Source: a virus (lineage: Duplodnaviria > Caudoviricetes). From it: 64,000 nucleotides of DNA. The stretch lies in IMG/VR virus record IMGVR_UViG_3300042010_000129, positions 96,001 through 160,000 of that record; one strand, 5' to 3'. Each line of letters begins with the position of its first letter. The first letter of the stretch is position 1. This document shows positions 22,216-31,505 of the stretch, piece by piece. A model generated the notes under the pieces. It made no database searches and had not been told where the DNA came from. It saw only the letters and a program-made list of their open reading frames with translations. The position numbers and the translations under genes are program-made.

Positions 22216-22495
22216 ATACGCGGGCTTCACTCTGACGCAATTGGATCAGTTGAGCGATTACGCAAAACAATCCAAGAAAAATACCGACGGATTAAATCTT
22301 TTGGCTGGCGCGCATAACCAGACAATTGATCAATATAATTTGATGGTAGATATTGCGAAACAGCAGGAGGCCCGCGCCAACGAGAACTACGCTCGCTACG
22401 TGCAGGAATTTGACGACCACCAAAACGATAAGCGCTGGTGGTCTGTTGAGAAGATTTTTTGGCAGGCGATAGCAATTATCGGCCTAGCACTTTAA
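22049..22495 (+). CDS. Lipoprotein with C-terminal hydrophobic anchor; spanin candidate
   Basis: MKWLILAALLFLPA-C lipobox, AAGGA SD, coiled-coil middle, C-terminal IFWQAIAIIGLAL. Confidence 0.65.
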   Translation: MKWLILAALLFLPACSSQTQLPPQSNMQLKKLDRITLQASLPERPTPLSIQSNGVEYAGFTLTQLDQLSDYAKQSKKNTDGLNLLAGAHNQTIDQYNLMVDIAKQQEARANENYARYVQEFDDHQNDKRWWSVEKIFWQAIAIIGLAL

Positions 22496-22508
22496 ACCGG
22501 GGACGATT

Positions 22509-22952
22509 ATGCGTATCAGCGAAAACTACACCGACCTTGATGTTGGGTTCGATCTTGTGGCGGTAAAAAACAGGATCAACAACACGCCGCCAATTGAGGC
22601 GCTGCGTGCTGCTGAAAAGGTTGCGGAAAACATTCTTGAACCACTGCGAAAAGAATTCGATTTTCGCATCGTGAGTTGGTACAGGAGTCCGGTGCTGGAA
22701 CGTGAGTATTGCAAGGCCAGTTATTACGATTGGTTGCGTGCGAATGGTCTGCCGTTCAACGAAACGAATTGGGTCAAGTACCTCAACGAAAAACAGCATG
22801 TGTTGGGCGTTGCTGTGTCGCTGATTTCCAACGATGCACAAGCGATCTTCGACCACCTGCAAAACCAAACGTTTGACCTGCTGCAAATGCGCGACGGATA
22901 CATTCACGTTTCGTATGTAGAAAATGCCAACCGCAAAATGGTTCTGGCCTAA
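22509..22952 (+). CDS. Peptidase M15 family endolysin-like protein
   Basis: IVSWYRSP...QHVLGVAV...YIHVSY match the Peptidase M15A S-x-Y-R, H and H-V-S motifs. Confidence 0.75.
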   Translation: MRISENYTDLDVGFDLVAVKNRINNTPPIEALRAAEKVAENILEPLRKEFDFRIVSWYRSPVLEREYCKASYYDWLRANGLPFNETNWVKYLNEKQHVLGVAVSLISNDAQAIFDHLQNQTFDLLQMRDGYIHVSYVENANRKMVLA

Positions 22953-22982
22953 TAAAACTTCCCGCATAAGAGGAATCACAAA

Positions 22983-23423
22983 ATGTCCATGTTTGAAATG
23001 ACCGTTCCAAAACGCACGCTGTTTTTCATGGGGCCTCAACGCGCAGGTAAAACATTGGCAATGCAGCAACTGGTGAAAATGAGCGCGGAACTGCGCCAAC
23101 GCATCCTGTTGGTGGGCGAGCCGAACAACCTGCATGCGTTCATGTCGGACGCTGACCTGTACCAGTCCGGGGCACACATCGACCACCTGCCCATGGTGCC
23201 GCGTGAGGCGACCGCGCAGCACCTCCGCGCATCGGACTATGACCTTGTGGCGTTCGTCGGCTCCACGGTGTTTGTAGAGCCGGGCAAGGTGCTTATGTAC
23301 GGCGAGCCACCGGCTGGCATCGTGGCGTTCTTCGGGCGCCTGTGTGAGCCTACCGCCATGGTGCCGCGTGTGTTCTTTGAGACGCATTACAACGGCCACG
23401 ACCGCGCTGTTGCAGTCGGTTAA
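22983..23423 (+). CDS. Small P-loop-containing protein
   Basis: FFMGPQRAGKT Walker A near the N-terminus; GAGG SD. Confidence 0.55.
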   Translation: MSMFEMTVPKRTLFFMGPQRAGKTLAMQQLVKMSAELRQRILLVGEPNNLHAFMSDADLYQSGAHIDHLPMVPREATAQHLRASDYDLVAFVGSTVFVEPGKVLMYGEPPAGIVAFFGRLCEPTAMVPRVFFETHYNGHDRAVAVG

Positions 23424-23431
23424 TTTGAAGC

Positions 23432-23473
23432 AAAAAAAGCCCCCGAATCCAATTAAGGAAACGGGGGCTTTTT
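23432..23473. terminator. Bidirectional intrinsic terminator at the strand switch
   Basis: AAAAAGCCCCCG / CGGGGGCTTTTT inverted repeat between convergent genes. Confidence 0.85.
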
Positions 23474-23484
23474 CGTTTGGGCCT

Positions 23485-24063
23485 TTAATCAACCCACTTT
23501 CTGCACAGCCAATCAAACAGCGATTGCGTGCTGTGACGATGCGTGATCATGTACGTTTTCAGCTTGTCGATGTTGAAGCCGGTTTGCTGAATCATGTTGG
23601 CGACGACTGTGATATTGCCCGCCATGAGTTGGCTGTAAAAACGTTCGTCGATATCTTCGCTGGTGCCTTCGCCGGGCAACATGAACTGCTGCTGTTTGGT
23701 CAGTGGCGACATAATCACGCCACGATGAATTGCCTTGAGCAAAGTCATGTAGAAGCGATCAAGTTTTCCGAACATCATTTGGTCAATATCGGAATAGAAA
23801 TACGATGGATAAAAATCCACCGGTTCCATTGCGTCAATCTTTTTGATGTACGGGGCGATGCGCACCGATGGCAGAACGTGGCCGTAATATTCAACGTCAC
23901 CGCTTTTGCCATCCTGACCGACATGGATGCGGGCGAATGGTTCACCGACGCAGGCGTGCGTATAACGCGGCGACCCTTCTTCGGTATGGCTCGGATACAG
24001 TTGCAAAATTCCGTCTTCTTTCAGCAATCGGTTTAATTGCTCTTTAGATAAAATCAAGGCCAC
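23485..24063 (-). CDS. Hypothetical protein
   Basis: 192 aa ORF on the dominant strand. Confidence 0.6.
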   Translation of the reverse strand: MALILSKEQLNRLLKEDGILQLYPSHTEEGSPRYTHACVGEPFARIHVGQDGKSGDVEYYGHVLPSVRIAPYIKKIDAMEPVDFYPSYFYSDIDQMMFGKLDRFYMTLLKAIHRGVIMSPLTKQQQFMLPGEGTSEDIDERFYSQLMAGNITVVANMIQQTGFNIDKLKTYMITHRHSTQSLFDWLCRKWVD

Positions 24064-24364
24064 TTTTTGACACCTCCTTGGGTTTCACTTTCTTGATAAT
24101 GCGCCGCTTGCGCAATTCCTTCAGAACCGATTCGCGGTCAGGCATCACGATTTCTATCAACATGAAATCCTGCATTTTCTCAGGAATGTAGATCGAAGAC
24201 ATTGCGCCTTCTCGCCTTGTAAATTTCACGCCAGATTCCGACAGGGTTTCCGACGCCAGCACCGTGAAAGGTTCGTCAACCAAATCGTCTTCCTTCGACA
24301 CAACCCAGTAATGTTTGCCGGGCTGGCCTTCACGCGGAAATAACAGATTTAATTTCTGGCTCAT
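24044..24364 (-). CDS. Hypothetical protein
   Basis: 106 aa; ATGA overlap with upstream gene. Confidence 0.6.
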   Translation of the reverse strand: MSQKLNLLFPREGQPGKHYWVVSKEDDLVDEPFTVLASETLSESGVKFTRREGAMSSIYIPEKMQDFMLIEIVMPDRESVLKELRKRRIIKKVKPKEVSKSGLDFI

Positions 24365-24618
24365 ACCAGCCTCAAGCCGATTTTCTCGGCGCTGATTACC
24401 ACCAATGGAACCGGGCAGTTTTCTTGATCGTCGTAGTCTTCGAACACTGGTCGATAGCCGAAATTCTTCACCGACTTTTCATAGACTTCGCGATAACCAT
24501 CACGAACAATCCAAGGGCCTTGCCCGCCCGCTACCAGATCGGCCCAAACCATACCGAGTTCGAAACCGATACGCATTTCCAGCGTCATGTCTTCGAGTTG
24601 ACCGAACGGATCTTCCAT
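24361..24618 (-). CDS. Hypothetical protein
   Basis: 85 aa, tightly coupled. Confidence 0.6.
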   Translation of the reverse strand: MEDPFGQLEDMTLEMRIGFELGMVWADLVAGGQGPWIVRDGYREVYEKSVKNFGYRPVFEDYDDQENCPVPLVVISAEKIGLRLV

Positions 24619-24619
24619 A

Positions 24620-25429
24620 TCAGTCGTCGCTCAGGGTTGTCATCAGTGCTTTGAACGCACGGAATTTTTCCAGCGCTTTGTTTTCGTGATCGCGAAGTTC
24701 TTCGACTTCGAGCATCGACGTTTCCAGCTTGTCGCGTAGGGTGTTCATGCGTGCGCCGAATTCTTCCGTCAGCTTGTTCATGCGCGAACCGAATTCATCG
24801 TTGAGGGTATCCATTTCCAGCGAAAGGCTGCTGACAACTTCGAGCGCCAAGTCGGCGGCGGATTGTTGGGCAGGTACGGTTTTGGCGATGGCATTCATTT
24901 CAACGGTTTCCTTAACAACGGTTTCTGGTTTGATTTGTGCTGCTTTTGTAGATTTTTCCGCGACGGCTTTTTCTACGGCTTCCACACTCACCGGACGGCC
25001 CATAGCGGAGTCACGCAGAATGCTCATGGATTCATCACTGATTCCGGCAATGCTTTCTGCAATTTCCAAAACGGGCTTCGGTGGCACATACGGCACTGCG
25101 ATTTTACGCAAAGCTTTCGCGTCCATGAAATCGCCAAGCTTCGGCGGCGTCACGATATCGGAAACAGCTTCACGCAATTCGCGAATTTTCACAGCCTCGC
25201 GCTGGAAACAATCACGCTTCACTTCTTTGATCAGGCCGCGATCTTTTAGACCGCCAAGCGCGGCACGTACCCGCTTGTGTTCGGCGCCAGATTTCCCCGC
25301 CGTTTGCATTTGGCGGTTGATTTGTTCTGCTGACCAGACTTCTTGTATCGGTACAAATTCGAACAGCTTCGCTTCGAGGCTGTTGCATCCTGCCAATAAC
25401 TGCTGCTGCCTTGCTTCAGAAATCGCCAT
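24620..25429 (-). CDS. Putative winged-helix protein with C-terminal coiled coil
   Basis: WSAEQINRQM...VRAALGGLKDRGLIKE wHTH pattern; start re-assigned to MAISEA. Confidence 0.5.
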   Translation of the reverse strand: MAISEARQQQLLAGCNSLEAKLFEFVPIQEVWSAEQINRQMQTAGKSGAEHKRVRAALGGLKDRGLIKEVKRDCFQREAVKIRELREAVSDIVTPPKLGDFMDAKALRKIAVPYVPPKPVLEIAESIAGISDESMSILRDSAMGRPVSVEAVEKAVAEKSTKAAQIKPETVVKETVEMNAIAKTVPAQQSAADLALEVVSSLSLEMDTLNDEFGSRMNKLTEEFGARMNTLRDKLETSMLEVEELRDHENKALEKFRAFKALMTTLSDD

Positions 25430-25433
25430 ACTT

Positions 25434-26096
25434 TTATTCGTCTTCTGTCCGGTTGTAGGTCGGTAGCCACTCACATTCGTTTTGTGGTACATCCATGATG
25501 AACGCGTAGAAAGCACGCGAAGGGGGAACGCCCAAGCGGATATATTCGATCAACCCGCCCGGCCATTTCCAGCCCTTGTACTTGTATTCACAGTTTCCGC
25601 GATTCTCGCCAGTGATGCGGCAAATGCTGAAACCACGATAGCGCGCTTCGTCTGCCACGTCTTCAATGTCGGCCAATTTATTGATGAAGTGTTGCACATC
25701 AAATTCAGGAATTTGCCAGATGTACGGCCACGGCAATTCGGCGTCTTGGCGGTCGAGAAATGCGGCGGTGTGACGACCGGGGCCTACGTGTTCAACCATC
25801 AGTTCCCGTTGGCGCCAGTAGCCCTCGACGTGGAAAGGAAAACGCGAATCGCCGTTGTTGCGTTGGTGATTCAAAAAGCCTTCCTGATATTGGCTAGGCA
25901 CAGGCAGCTTTGGCGGTTCAGCCTTCACGAATTTATAACCGGCATGTTCTTCGGAACTGAACACGAATTCATCGTCGATTCCGATGTAGGTGAAAACACC
26001 GTTGACCGCGACGTTGATGATTTCGATATCGCCGTTGGGCAGGTAAACCCAGTACAGGCCCTTATCTTTAATTTCCCACCAATCCAAAACTTTCAT
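25434..26096 (-). CDS. Hypothetical protein, tandem family member 3
   Basis: LDWWEIKDKGLYWV N-terminus. Confidence 0.6.
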   Translation of the reverse strand: MKVLDWWEIKDKGLYWVYLPNGDIEIINVAVNGVFTYIGIDDEFVFSSEEHAGYKFVKAEPPKLPVPSQYQEGFLNHQRNNGDSRFPFHVEGYWRQRELMVEHVGPGRHTAAFLDRQDAELPWPYIWQIPEFDVQHFINKLADIEDVADEARYRGFSICRITGENRGNCEYKYKGWKWPGGLIEYIRLGVPPSRAFYAFIMDVPQNECEWLPTYNRTEDE

Positions 26097-26101
26097 TGTC
26101 A

Positions 26102-26377
26102 CTACCCTGAAAAATATTCGAGTTCTTTCGGAAGCTGCGGCGGCAAATCAATCGCCACAAACACGTGGGTATTTTCGCGGAAACGCCAAAGCACTGAGTC
26201 ATTCATTTGCACGCAGGTGTATACGGATTCTTCGCCTTTGTGTTTCATGCGAATTTCGATGATGTTCCGATCATCCGGATCAGCACGGTCAATCATCCAG
26301 TACGAAACGCCAACCTCAAGCTGGCGCCAGTCCGTGATAAATTTCGTGAGCAAACGACCTTCGTAGGGTTCGCTCAT
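26102..26377 (-). CDS. Hypothetical protein, tandem family member 2
   Basis: TDWRQLEVGVSYWM N-terminus. Confidence 0.6.
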   Translation of the reverse strand: MSEPYEGRLLTKFITDWRQLEVGVSYWMIDRADPDDRNIIEIRMKHKGEESVYTCVQMNDSVLWRFRENTHVFVAIDLPPQLPKELEYFSG

Positions 26378-26943
26378 GCCGTGGCCTGCTTGAATGCTGC
26401 GTTCAGGATTTTGCGTTCGATAACGTGACGGAAATCCTCAGTGTCGGAATCGTGGTAACGGGCACCAACCCAAACAAAACTCCAACCGCCATTTCCAGCC
26501 AGACGCACGATCAACGCGCCTTCACCGGCCAGCCCCGTGTAGATTTCCAGCAGGCAGTTTACGAACCGTGGCAGATGGTACATAAAACCCGGAAACCGTT
26601 CGGCTTCATTCGCGGGAGTTTTCAACGAAATGCCGGGACTGTTCAAAATGCCGGACGCTTCGATTGCATCGGTCAGCATTTTGCAGTGGATTTCAGCGTC
26701 GAATTCCTCGGCTTCAGTTGCAGGTTCAGGTGCCGCGACATTGAAGTTTGGCACTTCAACCTTCACGAAGAAATATTCGTCTTGGAAATTGTTGTGTACC
26801 AAATCTTCCCACACTTCGGCACCGATAACGCCGATGGTGCCACCGTCGTACTCGACCACGGAATAAATCTGCGTGTCGCTTTTGAGAACTTTCCAGTACA
26901 AACCATTTTCGGTCAGCTGGTGCCACTCAAGATACTTATCCAT
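26374..26943 (-). CDS. Hypothetical protein, tandem family member 1
   Basis: LEWHQLTENGLYWK N-terminus; TAATG overlap, GAGG SD. Confidence 0.6.
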   Translation of the reverse strand: MDKYLEWHQLTENGLYWKVLKSDTQIYSVVEYDGGTIGVIGAEVWEDLVHNNFQDEYFFVKVEVPNFNVAAPEPATEAEEFDAEIHCKMLTDAIEASGILNSPGISLKTPANEAERFPGFMYHLPRFVNCLLEIYTGLAGEGALIVRLAGNGGWSFVWVGARYHDSDTEDFRHVIERKILNAAFKQATA

Positions 26944-27272
26944 TAATCGGCCCTCATGATCATTCGTCGGACTGTCTGCGCGTGGCATTGTTTGGGCCAG
27001 CAATGGCAGGTCAGTCGCAGGTTTTCACCGCGCAAATATCTGGTGCGCAATTCCATAATTCGCTTCCAATATTTCCCTTTCTTCTGCATACGTCTTTCTG
27101 CGTAGGCATCATAAAGCGCACAGCTTTTCTTTCGTGAGCCGGTTTCGCTAATCGGGTATTTGTTCCCGAATATCGTTTTGCGATCCACGCGCACATCACT
27201 GTAACCGGGTTTAGGCGGATCGTTGACCCGCCCCACAATCACGGTGCCTGTAGAACCAAACAAACCCGCCAT
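26943..27272 (-). CDS. DUF4326-like protein
   Basis: VDRKTIFGNKY...R...L.GENLRLTCHCWPKQCHA matches DUF4326 (GNP; L.C.C.P..CH). Confidence 0.7.
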   Translation of the reverse strand: MAGLFGSTGTVIVGRVNDPPKPGYSDVRVDRKTIFGNKYPISETGSRKKSCALYDAYAERRMQKKGKYWKRIMELRTRYLRGENLRLTCHCWPKQCHAQTVRRMIMRAD

Positions 27273-27875
27273 TTATTCCTCGGATTTGCAGACTACTTCC
27301 CGCTCGACACGGCGCAGAGATTCCGCCAGCATTTTTGCCATCGGGTGCGCTTTGCAACCGGGGCCGTAGGACACGTCAAACGAATCGTTGTCCAGATCGA
27401 CAGTGACGGCCAGCTTCGGAAGTTCTGGATGGCGAATGGTGAAGAACGCTTTTTCTTCCGTGTCCTGCATCATATGCACATCGGAAAATTCCAACTTCTG
27501 GATATCCGCGATCAGTGCAGCCTTCCACTTTTCCAGATGCGTGATCAGCGGATTGGATTCGGTCGGAATTACTTCACGGAAAGCGCGAACTGCTTCGTCC
27601 CGCAGGTATCCGTAATCGCCCGATTTTGGCACCACGAAATAATTGCCGTCGAGGTCGATCATCAGGTTAATGCGCAGAGTGCCCGACCACTTTTGCACGT
27701 AACCGCGAACCGTGGTGCCGATGCATTTCTTATTTTCGTGACTGCTCCACCACGTAGGGCCGTTGGCTTCCCACGTAACAGCGCGTCCACCTTCAGCGGT
27801 ATCGACCGGCAGGTTTTTCGAAGCGGCTTTGCACCATTTGCGCAGACGATCTTTCAGCAGATTGTTATCCATCAC
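27273..27875 (-). CDS. Hypothetical protein
   Basis: 200 aa; ATGA overlap. Confidence 0.6.
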   Translation of the reverse strand: MMDNNLLKDRLRKWCKAASKNLPVDTAEGGRAVTWEANGPTWWSSHENKKCIGTTVRGYVQKWSGTLRINLMIDLDGNYFVVPKSGDYGYLRDEAVRAFREVIPTESNPLITHLEKWKAALIADIQKLEFSDVHMMQDTEEKAFFTIRHPELPKLAVTVDLDNDSFDVSYGPGCKAHPMAKMLAESLRRVEREVVCKSEE

Positions 27876-28594
27876 ATGACCTCAAGTTCAAGGAACGTAT
27901 ATTCTTGTCGCCGGGTGATCCGCGTATACACTTCGATATCCGGCAGTTCGATATTTTCCGAAGTGGTGCGGTGATCCAGAATCTCAGGCATGATTTCAAA
28001 TTCACGCATGGAAGCCATCACATTTTCGTTCTTCACAATAGACGCCAACAAATCGCGCCGACCGCCACCGCCCATGATTTGCATGCGGTTATCATAGTGA
28101 CCGATTTGCAGCGCATAAACACCGGGATCAGCAGCTTTTCCAGTCAGATGCCTACGCAAATCCGAATGACCGTTCATAGAGTGCCCCCGTGCGTCACAGG
28201 TGATCCAGAACAGTTCTACGTCGATGCCTTTTGGCTGAATGATGTAACCCGGTCTACATTGACGGGAACTTTTCTTCGCTTCCAAAGGCATTTTTGCATA
28301 GGTGTAAAATTCTTTTAATGCAGTGGCCGCATATTCTTCGTACAACGGCCAATCAGCATGGGCACGCTCAAATGCCTGTTGAACCCGGCGGAACGAGTCC
28401 GCCAGATTCTCACCAGTAGGCTGGATTCTCTCCCCTCCCGCATGGTTTACCCAAACATCCGGCGCCCCCAAGAATTTCTCGTGAATCGCCACCTCGAAAC
28501 GGTCGGTGATGATTGACAAGGCAAATGCGTCTTCGCGGATAAATTTCTTACCTACGAGTTCTTCAACTGCTGGAATAAATTCTTGGAGTTCCAT
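27872..28594 (-). CDS. Hypothetical protein
   Basis: 240 aa. Confidence 0.6.
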   Translation of the reverse strand: MELQEFIPAVEELVGKKFIREDAFALSIITDRFEVAIHEKFLGAPDVWVNHAGGERIQPTGENLADSFRRVQQAFERAHADWPLYEEYAATALKEFYTYAKMPLEAKKSSRQCRPGYIIQPKGIDVELFWITCDARGHSMNGHSDLRRHLTGKAADPGVYALQIGHYDNRMQIMGGGGRRDLLASIVKNENVMASMREFEIMPEILDHRTTSENIELPDIEVYTRITRRQEYTFLELEVM

Positions 28595-28600
28595 TTGGAT

Positions 28601-29563
28601 TTACCCGCGATTGGTCGGAGTGAACTTCATTTTACCGTTCGGCAATTTCTCGAAAGTACCAGTGGTATGCAAGATGCCAGCGCCGAGGCGCCACATGGAT
28701 TGCGGGAAACCTTCGATGGATTCCAGAATCGGCGTGGTTTCGATTTCAGCAGGATTGGTGATGGTCACGTAAACCCCATCACGCCACATTTTGAAACCTT
28801 CGTGCGTTACGCGCAGCAAACAAACGTCAGGGAAATCCTTCAGCACGATATCGCAGAACGGGAAATCATACTGATACGACGGACGCTCCTGTACTTGATG
28901 GCGGAACGAACGAACCGGGACAAGGTTCAGATAATCCTGAACGATTGCCATACCGCCACGATGCCAAACCTTCGAAACAGCGGCTGCTTTCTCGACAGTG
29001 TTGATGTATTTTTCCGCATGCTCGAAATCGACCATGTTGATTACATCGTCACGTTTGGTTGGGCCGGAGCGGTAATTGATCCGGTACTCCCACTTTTTCG
29101 TATCGCACGTAATCACGATGCGACCACCGGGACAGGTGGAGGCATACACGAAGTACGGACGTTTTTCGCTGGCTTCCTTTTCGATAAAGCCGTTGGAACC
29201 GATGGCAGCTGCCAAACGATTCAGGAAATCATGAGTTTGAATCGAGATTTCCGGATCGCAAGGTTTTTCCTTAGCAGCTTGAAGACGATGCGAAACGCTA
29301 AGCAGCATTTCTTTATCGTAATCGTCACCGGCAGGGATGCTGCAATTGACAGCCAGTTCGTCGTCGGAATTAAGCGTTACATCCAGCGAGAAATACTTAT
29401 CAGTGCAGCGGTTGTAGACTTCGAATGCAAGGCCCTCGACAGCAGGCCCGTTAGTGCCACCGCTTGCGATGGTGCCAACGGATTTCTTCGAGAGTGGCAA
29501 ACCAGCAGGGAAAGCTTGGTTTACGATTGCACGTAATTGGTCATGCATAGATTGCATCGTCAT
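28601..29563 (-). CDS. Hypothetical protein
   Basis: 320 aa, AGGA SD. Confidence 0.6.
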   Translation of the reverse strand: MTMQSMHDQLRAIVNQAFPAGLPLSKKSVGTIASGGTNGPAVEGLAFEVYNRCTDKYFSLDVTLNSDDELAVNCSIPAGDDYDKEMLLSVSHRLQAAKEKPCDPEISIQTHDFLNRLAAAIGSNGFIEKEASEKRPYFVYASTCPGGRIVITCDTKKWEYRINYRSGPTKRDDVINMVDFEHAEKYINTVEKAAAVSKVWHRGGMAIVQDYLNLVPVRSFRHQVQERPSYQYDFPFCDIVLKDFPDVCLLRVTHEGFKMWRDGVYVTITNPAEIETTPILESIEGFPQSMWRLGAGILHTTGTFEKLPNGKMKFTPTNRG

Positions 29564-29614
29564 CTTCCTTTGGTGGGGATGTTGCGGTTGGTACAGCGTT
29601 GGTGTTGCCCTTTA

Positions 29615-29626
29615 TATTTACAGTTT
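29615..29626 (-). promoter_or_regulatory. AAACTGTAAATA motif, putative phage promoter
   Basis: Exact 12-mer, intergenic, after a TGA stop. Confidence 0.6.
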
Positions 29627-29631
29627 TTAAA

Positions 29632-30618
29632 TCACTCGGCCAACTGAAGGGGCCGCATGCGATCTTCGATGATTGCGACGGCCTTGCGGCTGATATCGTG
29701 CATACTGCAAGTGCAGGTCACACGTGCATTGTCGTATACGCGGAACCACAATTTGAAATCTTTATCCGTTTTGGAATGCAGCGTAACACCCGCCGATTCA
29801 ATCAGGCCTTTCAGTGGCCCGGTCTTATGCACTTCGGCCCGAACGCTGCCCACGACGAAAAGGTCAAGGTCTGCGAAGTCCGGGTTATCGTCAATGGCCA
29901 GCGTCAGGTCGCACAGAGTCTTTTCCGGACGGATGCGTTTGATTGGACAAACGTAGTCGGCATCACCGATTACAATCCAACCCAAATCCGATTCGTCTTC
30001 GAGTTCATAGCGAACGTTTTCAGACACGAACATATCCATTTGGCGACTGCCGCAACGCCGCTCGGAAATCTTGTCGTATTCGGTGATTGGAACGGCTGCA
30101 ATTTCTTCTGCGCTCTGTGCCGTCAGTACGTGGCCGGATCGTTTGAACACACCGCCAAGGGCCGTGCGCGATGGCTGGTATTTGATACCGGAACCGTACA
30201 CGTTGAACAGCACTAAATCAGAACCTTCGAGGATAACGTCCACACGCGGGCGCAGGTTGTATTCCCATTTGTAAAACACTTCGGCTTTACGGATCTTTTC
30301 CAGTTCTTGAATCAGCTGCTCGATGCGCAGGATTTCTTTTTTGCGCGCTTCGTAACGGGTGATGATTGCGAACGCCAGATGCATCAACACATGGTCGTAA
30401 TCAATTTCACCCTCGGCCCCACGCATCGGACGCATTTCGAGGTCGATGCCCGGCGCGGTGAACGTGACTTTTTCCACGCTGCGCTCGCCGTACATGAGAT
30501 ATTCGATACGCAGTTTGCCACGGTCAGTTTCGACAAAATCATCGCCGCATTGCAGCCGGTCGAATTCACCGTTAATGTGTTCCTGACATTTCAGAACAAA
30601 CGTTTCGAGATTCATCAA
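29632..30618 (-). CDS. Hypothetical protein
   Basis: 328 aa; ATGA overlap. Confidence 0.6.
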   Translation of the reverse strand: MMNLETFVLKCQEHINGEFDRLQCGDDFVETDRGKLRIEYLMYGERSVEKVTFTAPGIDLEMRPMRGAEGEIDYDHVLMHLAFAIITRYEARKKEILRIEQLIQELEKIRKAEVFYKWEYNLRPRVDVILEGSDLVLFNVYGSGIKYQPSRTALGGVFKRSGHVLTAQSAEEIAAVPITEYDKISERRCGSRQMDMFVSENVRYELEDESDLGWIVIGDADYVCPIKRIRPEKTLCDLTLAIDDNPDFADLDLFVVGSVRAEVHKTGPLKGLIESAGVTLHSKTDKDFKLWFRVYDNARVTCTCSMHDISRKAVAIIEDRMRPLQLAE

Positions 30619-30857
30619 ACGATCCTTAGCCGTGGTCGGCAGATATTTTTAACCATCTGGATTAACCGGTCGTTCTCTTCGAACACAACGCCGGTTGCTT
30701 CCACTTCGTGCGGGTTTTCCCACACCTTAATAATTCCGAGGCTCACGCCACACACCGTGATCATCCAGCCGGTGAAGTCGCGGTCATTGTGACAGCCACA
30801 AATGTCATTCAGATGCAGACGAAAAATGTCCTGAAGTTCTTCTTTCTGATCGGTCAT
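30615..30857 (-). CDS. Hypothetical protein
   Basis: 80 aa, AGGA SD. Confidence 0.55.
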   Translation of the reverse strand: MTDQKEELQDIFRLHLNDICGCHNDRDFTGWMITVCGVSLGIIKVWENPHEVEATGVVFEENDRLIQMVKNICRPRLRIV

Positions 30858-30880
30858 AATTTCCTACCCTAGAAAGAGCG

Positions 30881-30902
30881 ATGGCGCCCCGGAGGACGCC
30901 AT
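30881..30902 (-). terminator. Hairpin, probable terminator
   Basis: ATGGCGTCC-TCCG-GGGCGCCAT with a weak U tract. Confidence 0.55.
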
Positions 30903-30908
30903 TTGCTT

Positions 30909-31427
30909 TTACGCGGCTTTCTTCAATTTTGCAGGCTTCAATTTCTTGATCGCCTCTTTGTCTTTCTTCGGCAGCTTCTTGATTTCGTCAAGGAACTTGT
31001 GGTGTTCCCGGCTCAGCTTATCGCGAGCTTCCGGAAGGGTGAACCACTTGCGTTTCCGCATGTGCTTTTCCTGCCAGTCGTCCAGCTGCGTGTGAAACTC
31101 CATCGCGTACATCACGACGTTTTGTTTCATGCCGTCTTTTTCGTATTGGAACTTGCCGATCTTTTTGGTAACGGTGCCGGAAACTCCCGCCTCTTCCCAA
31201 CATTCTTTCGCTGCGTTTTCGCGAGCGTCCAAATGCTTTTCCTGACCGCCTTTGGTAAAGCCCCACCAAGCGCCTTTCTTCAATTTCTTGACCAGACAAA
31301 CTTGACGGATACCATCCTTGTCCCGGTAAGGAATGCAGCCCGATTGTTCACGGACTTTCATTTTCTTTTTCTTTTCCGGTTTTTTGGATTTGGCTACTGC
31401 GATTTGGAGTTCTACCTGCATTTGCAT
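30909..31427 (-). CDS. NUDIX hydrolase (DIPP/ApnA-like), Lys-rich termini
   Basis: KGGQEKHLDARENAAKECWEEAGV Nudix box; REQSGCIPYR and RKRKWF flanks. Confidence 0.85.
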   Translation of the reverse strand: MQMQVELQIAVAKSKKPEKKKKMKVREQSGCIPYRDKDGIRQVCLVKKLKKGAWWGFTKGGQEKHLDARENAAKECWEEAGVSGTVTKKIGKFQYEKDGMKQNVVMYAMEFHTQLDDWQEKHMRKRKWFTLPEARDKLSREHHKFLDEIKKLPKKDKEAIKKLKPAKLKKAA

Positions 31428-31447
31428 ACAGCCCCTTGTTAGTTAAT

Positions 31448-31471
31448 GGAACGGGGGAATAACCCCATCCC
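31448..31471 (-). other. 9-bp hairpin downstream of promoter motif
   Basis: GGGATGGGG-TTATTC-CCCCGTTCC with two G-U pairs on the minus strand. Confidence 0.55.
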
Positions 31472-31493
31472 TATTAAATTACTGCTCACTGTA

Positions 31494-31505
31494 TATTTAC
31501 AGTTT
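31494..31505 (-). promoter_or_regulatory. AAACTGTAAATA motif
   Basis: Exact 12-mer overlapping a TAA stop; embedded in palindrome ACTGTA-N4-TACAGT. Confidence 0.6.

Noticed and set aside
26944-27003. N-terminal extension of the 26374 gene (HEGRL matching YEGRL of its paralogue)
   Set aside because: Explained by the GAGG SD and TAATG coupling at 26943; upstream starts lack an SD. Not fully excluded.
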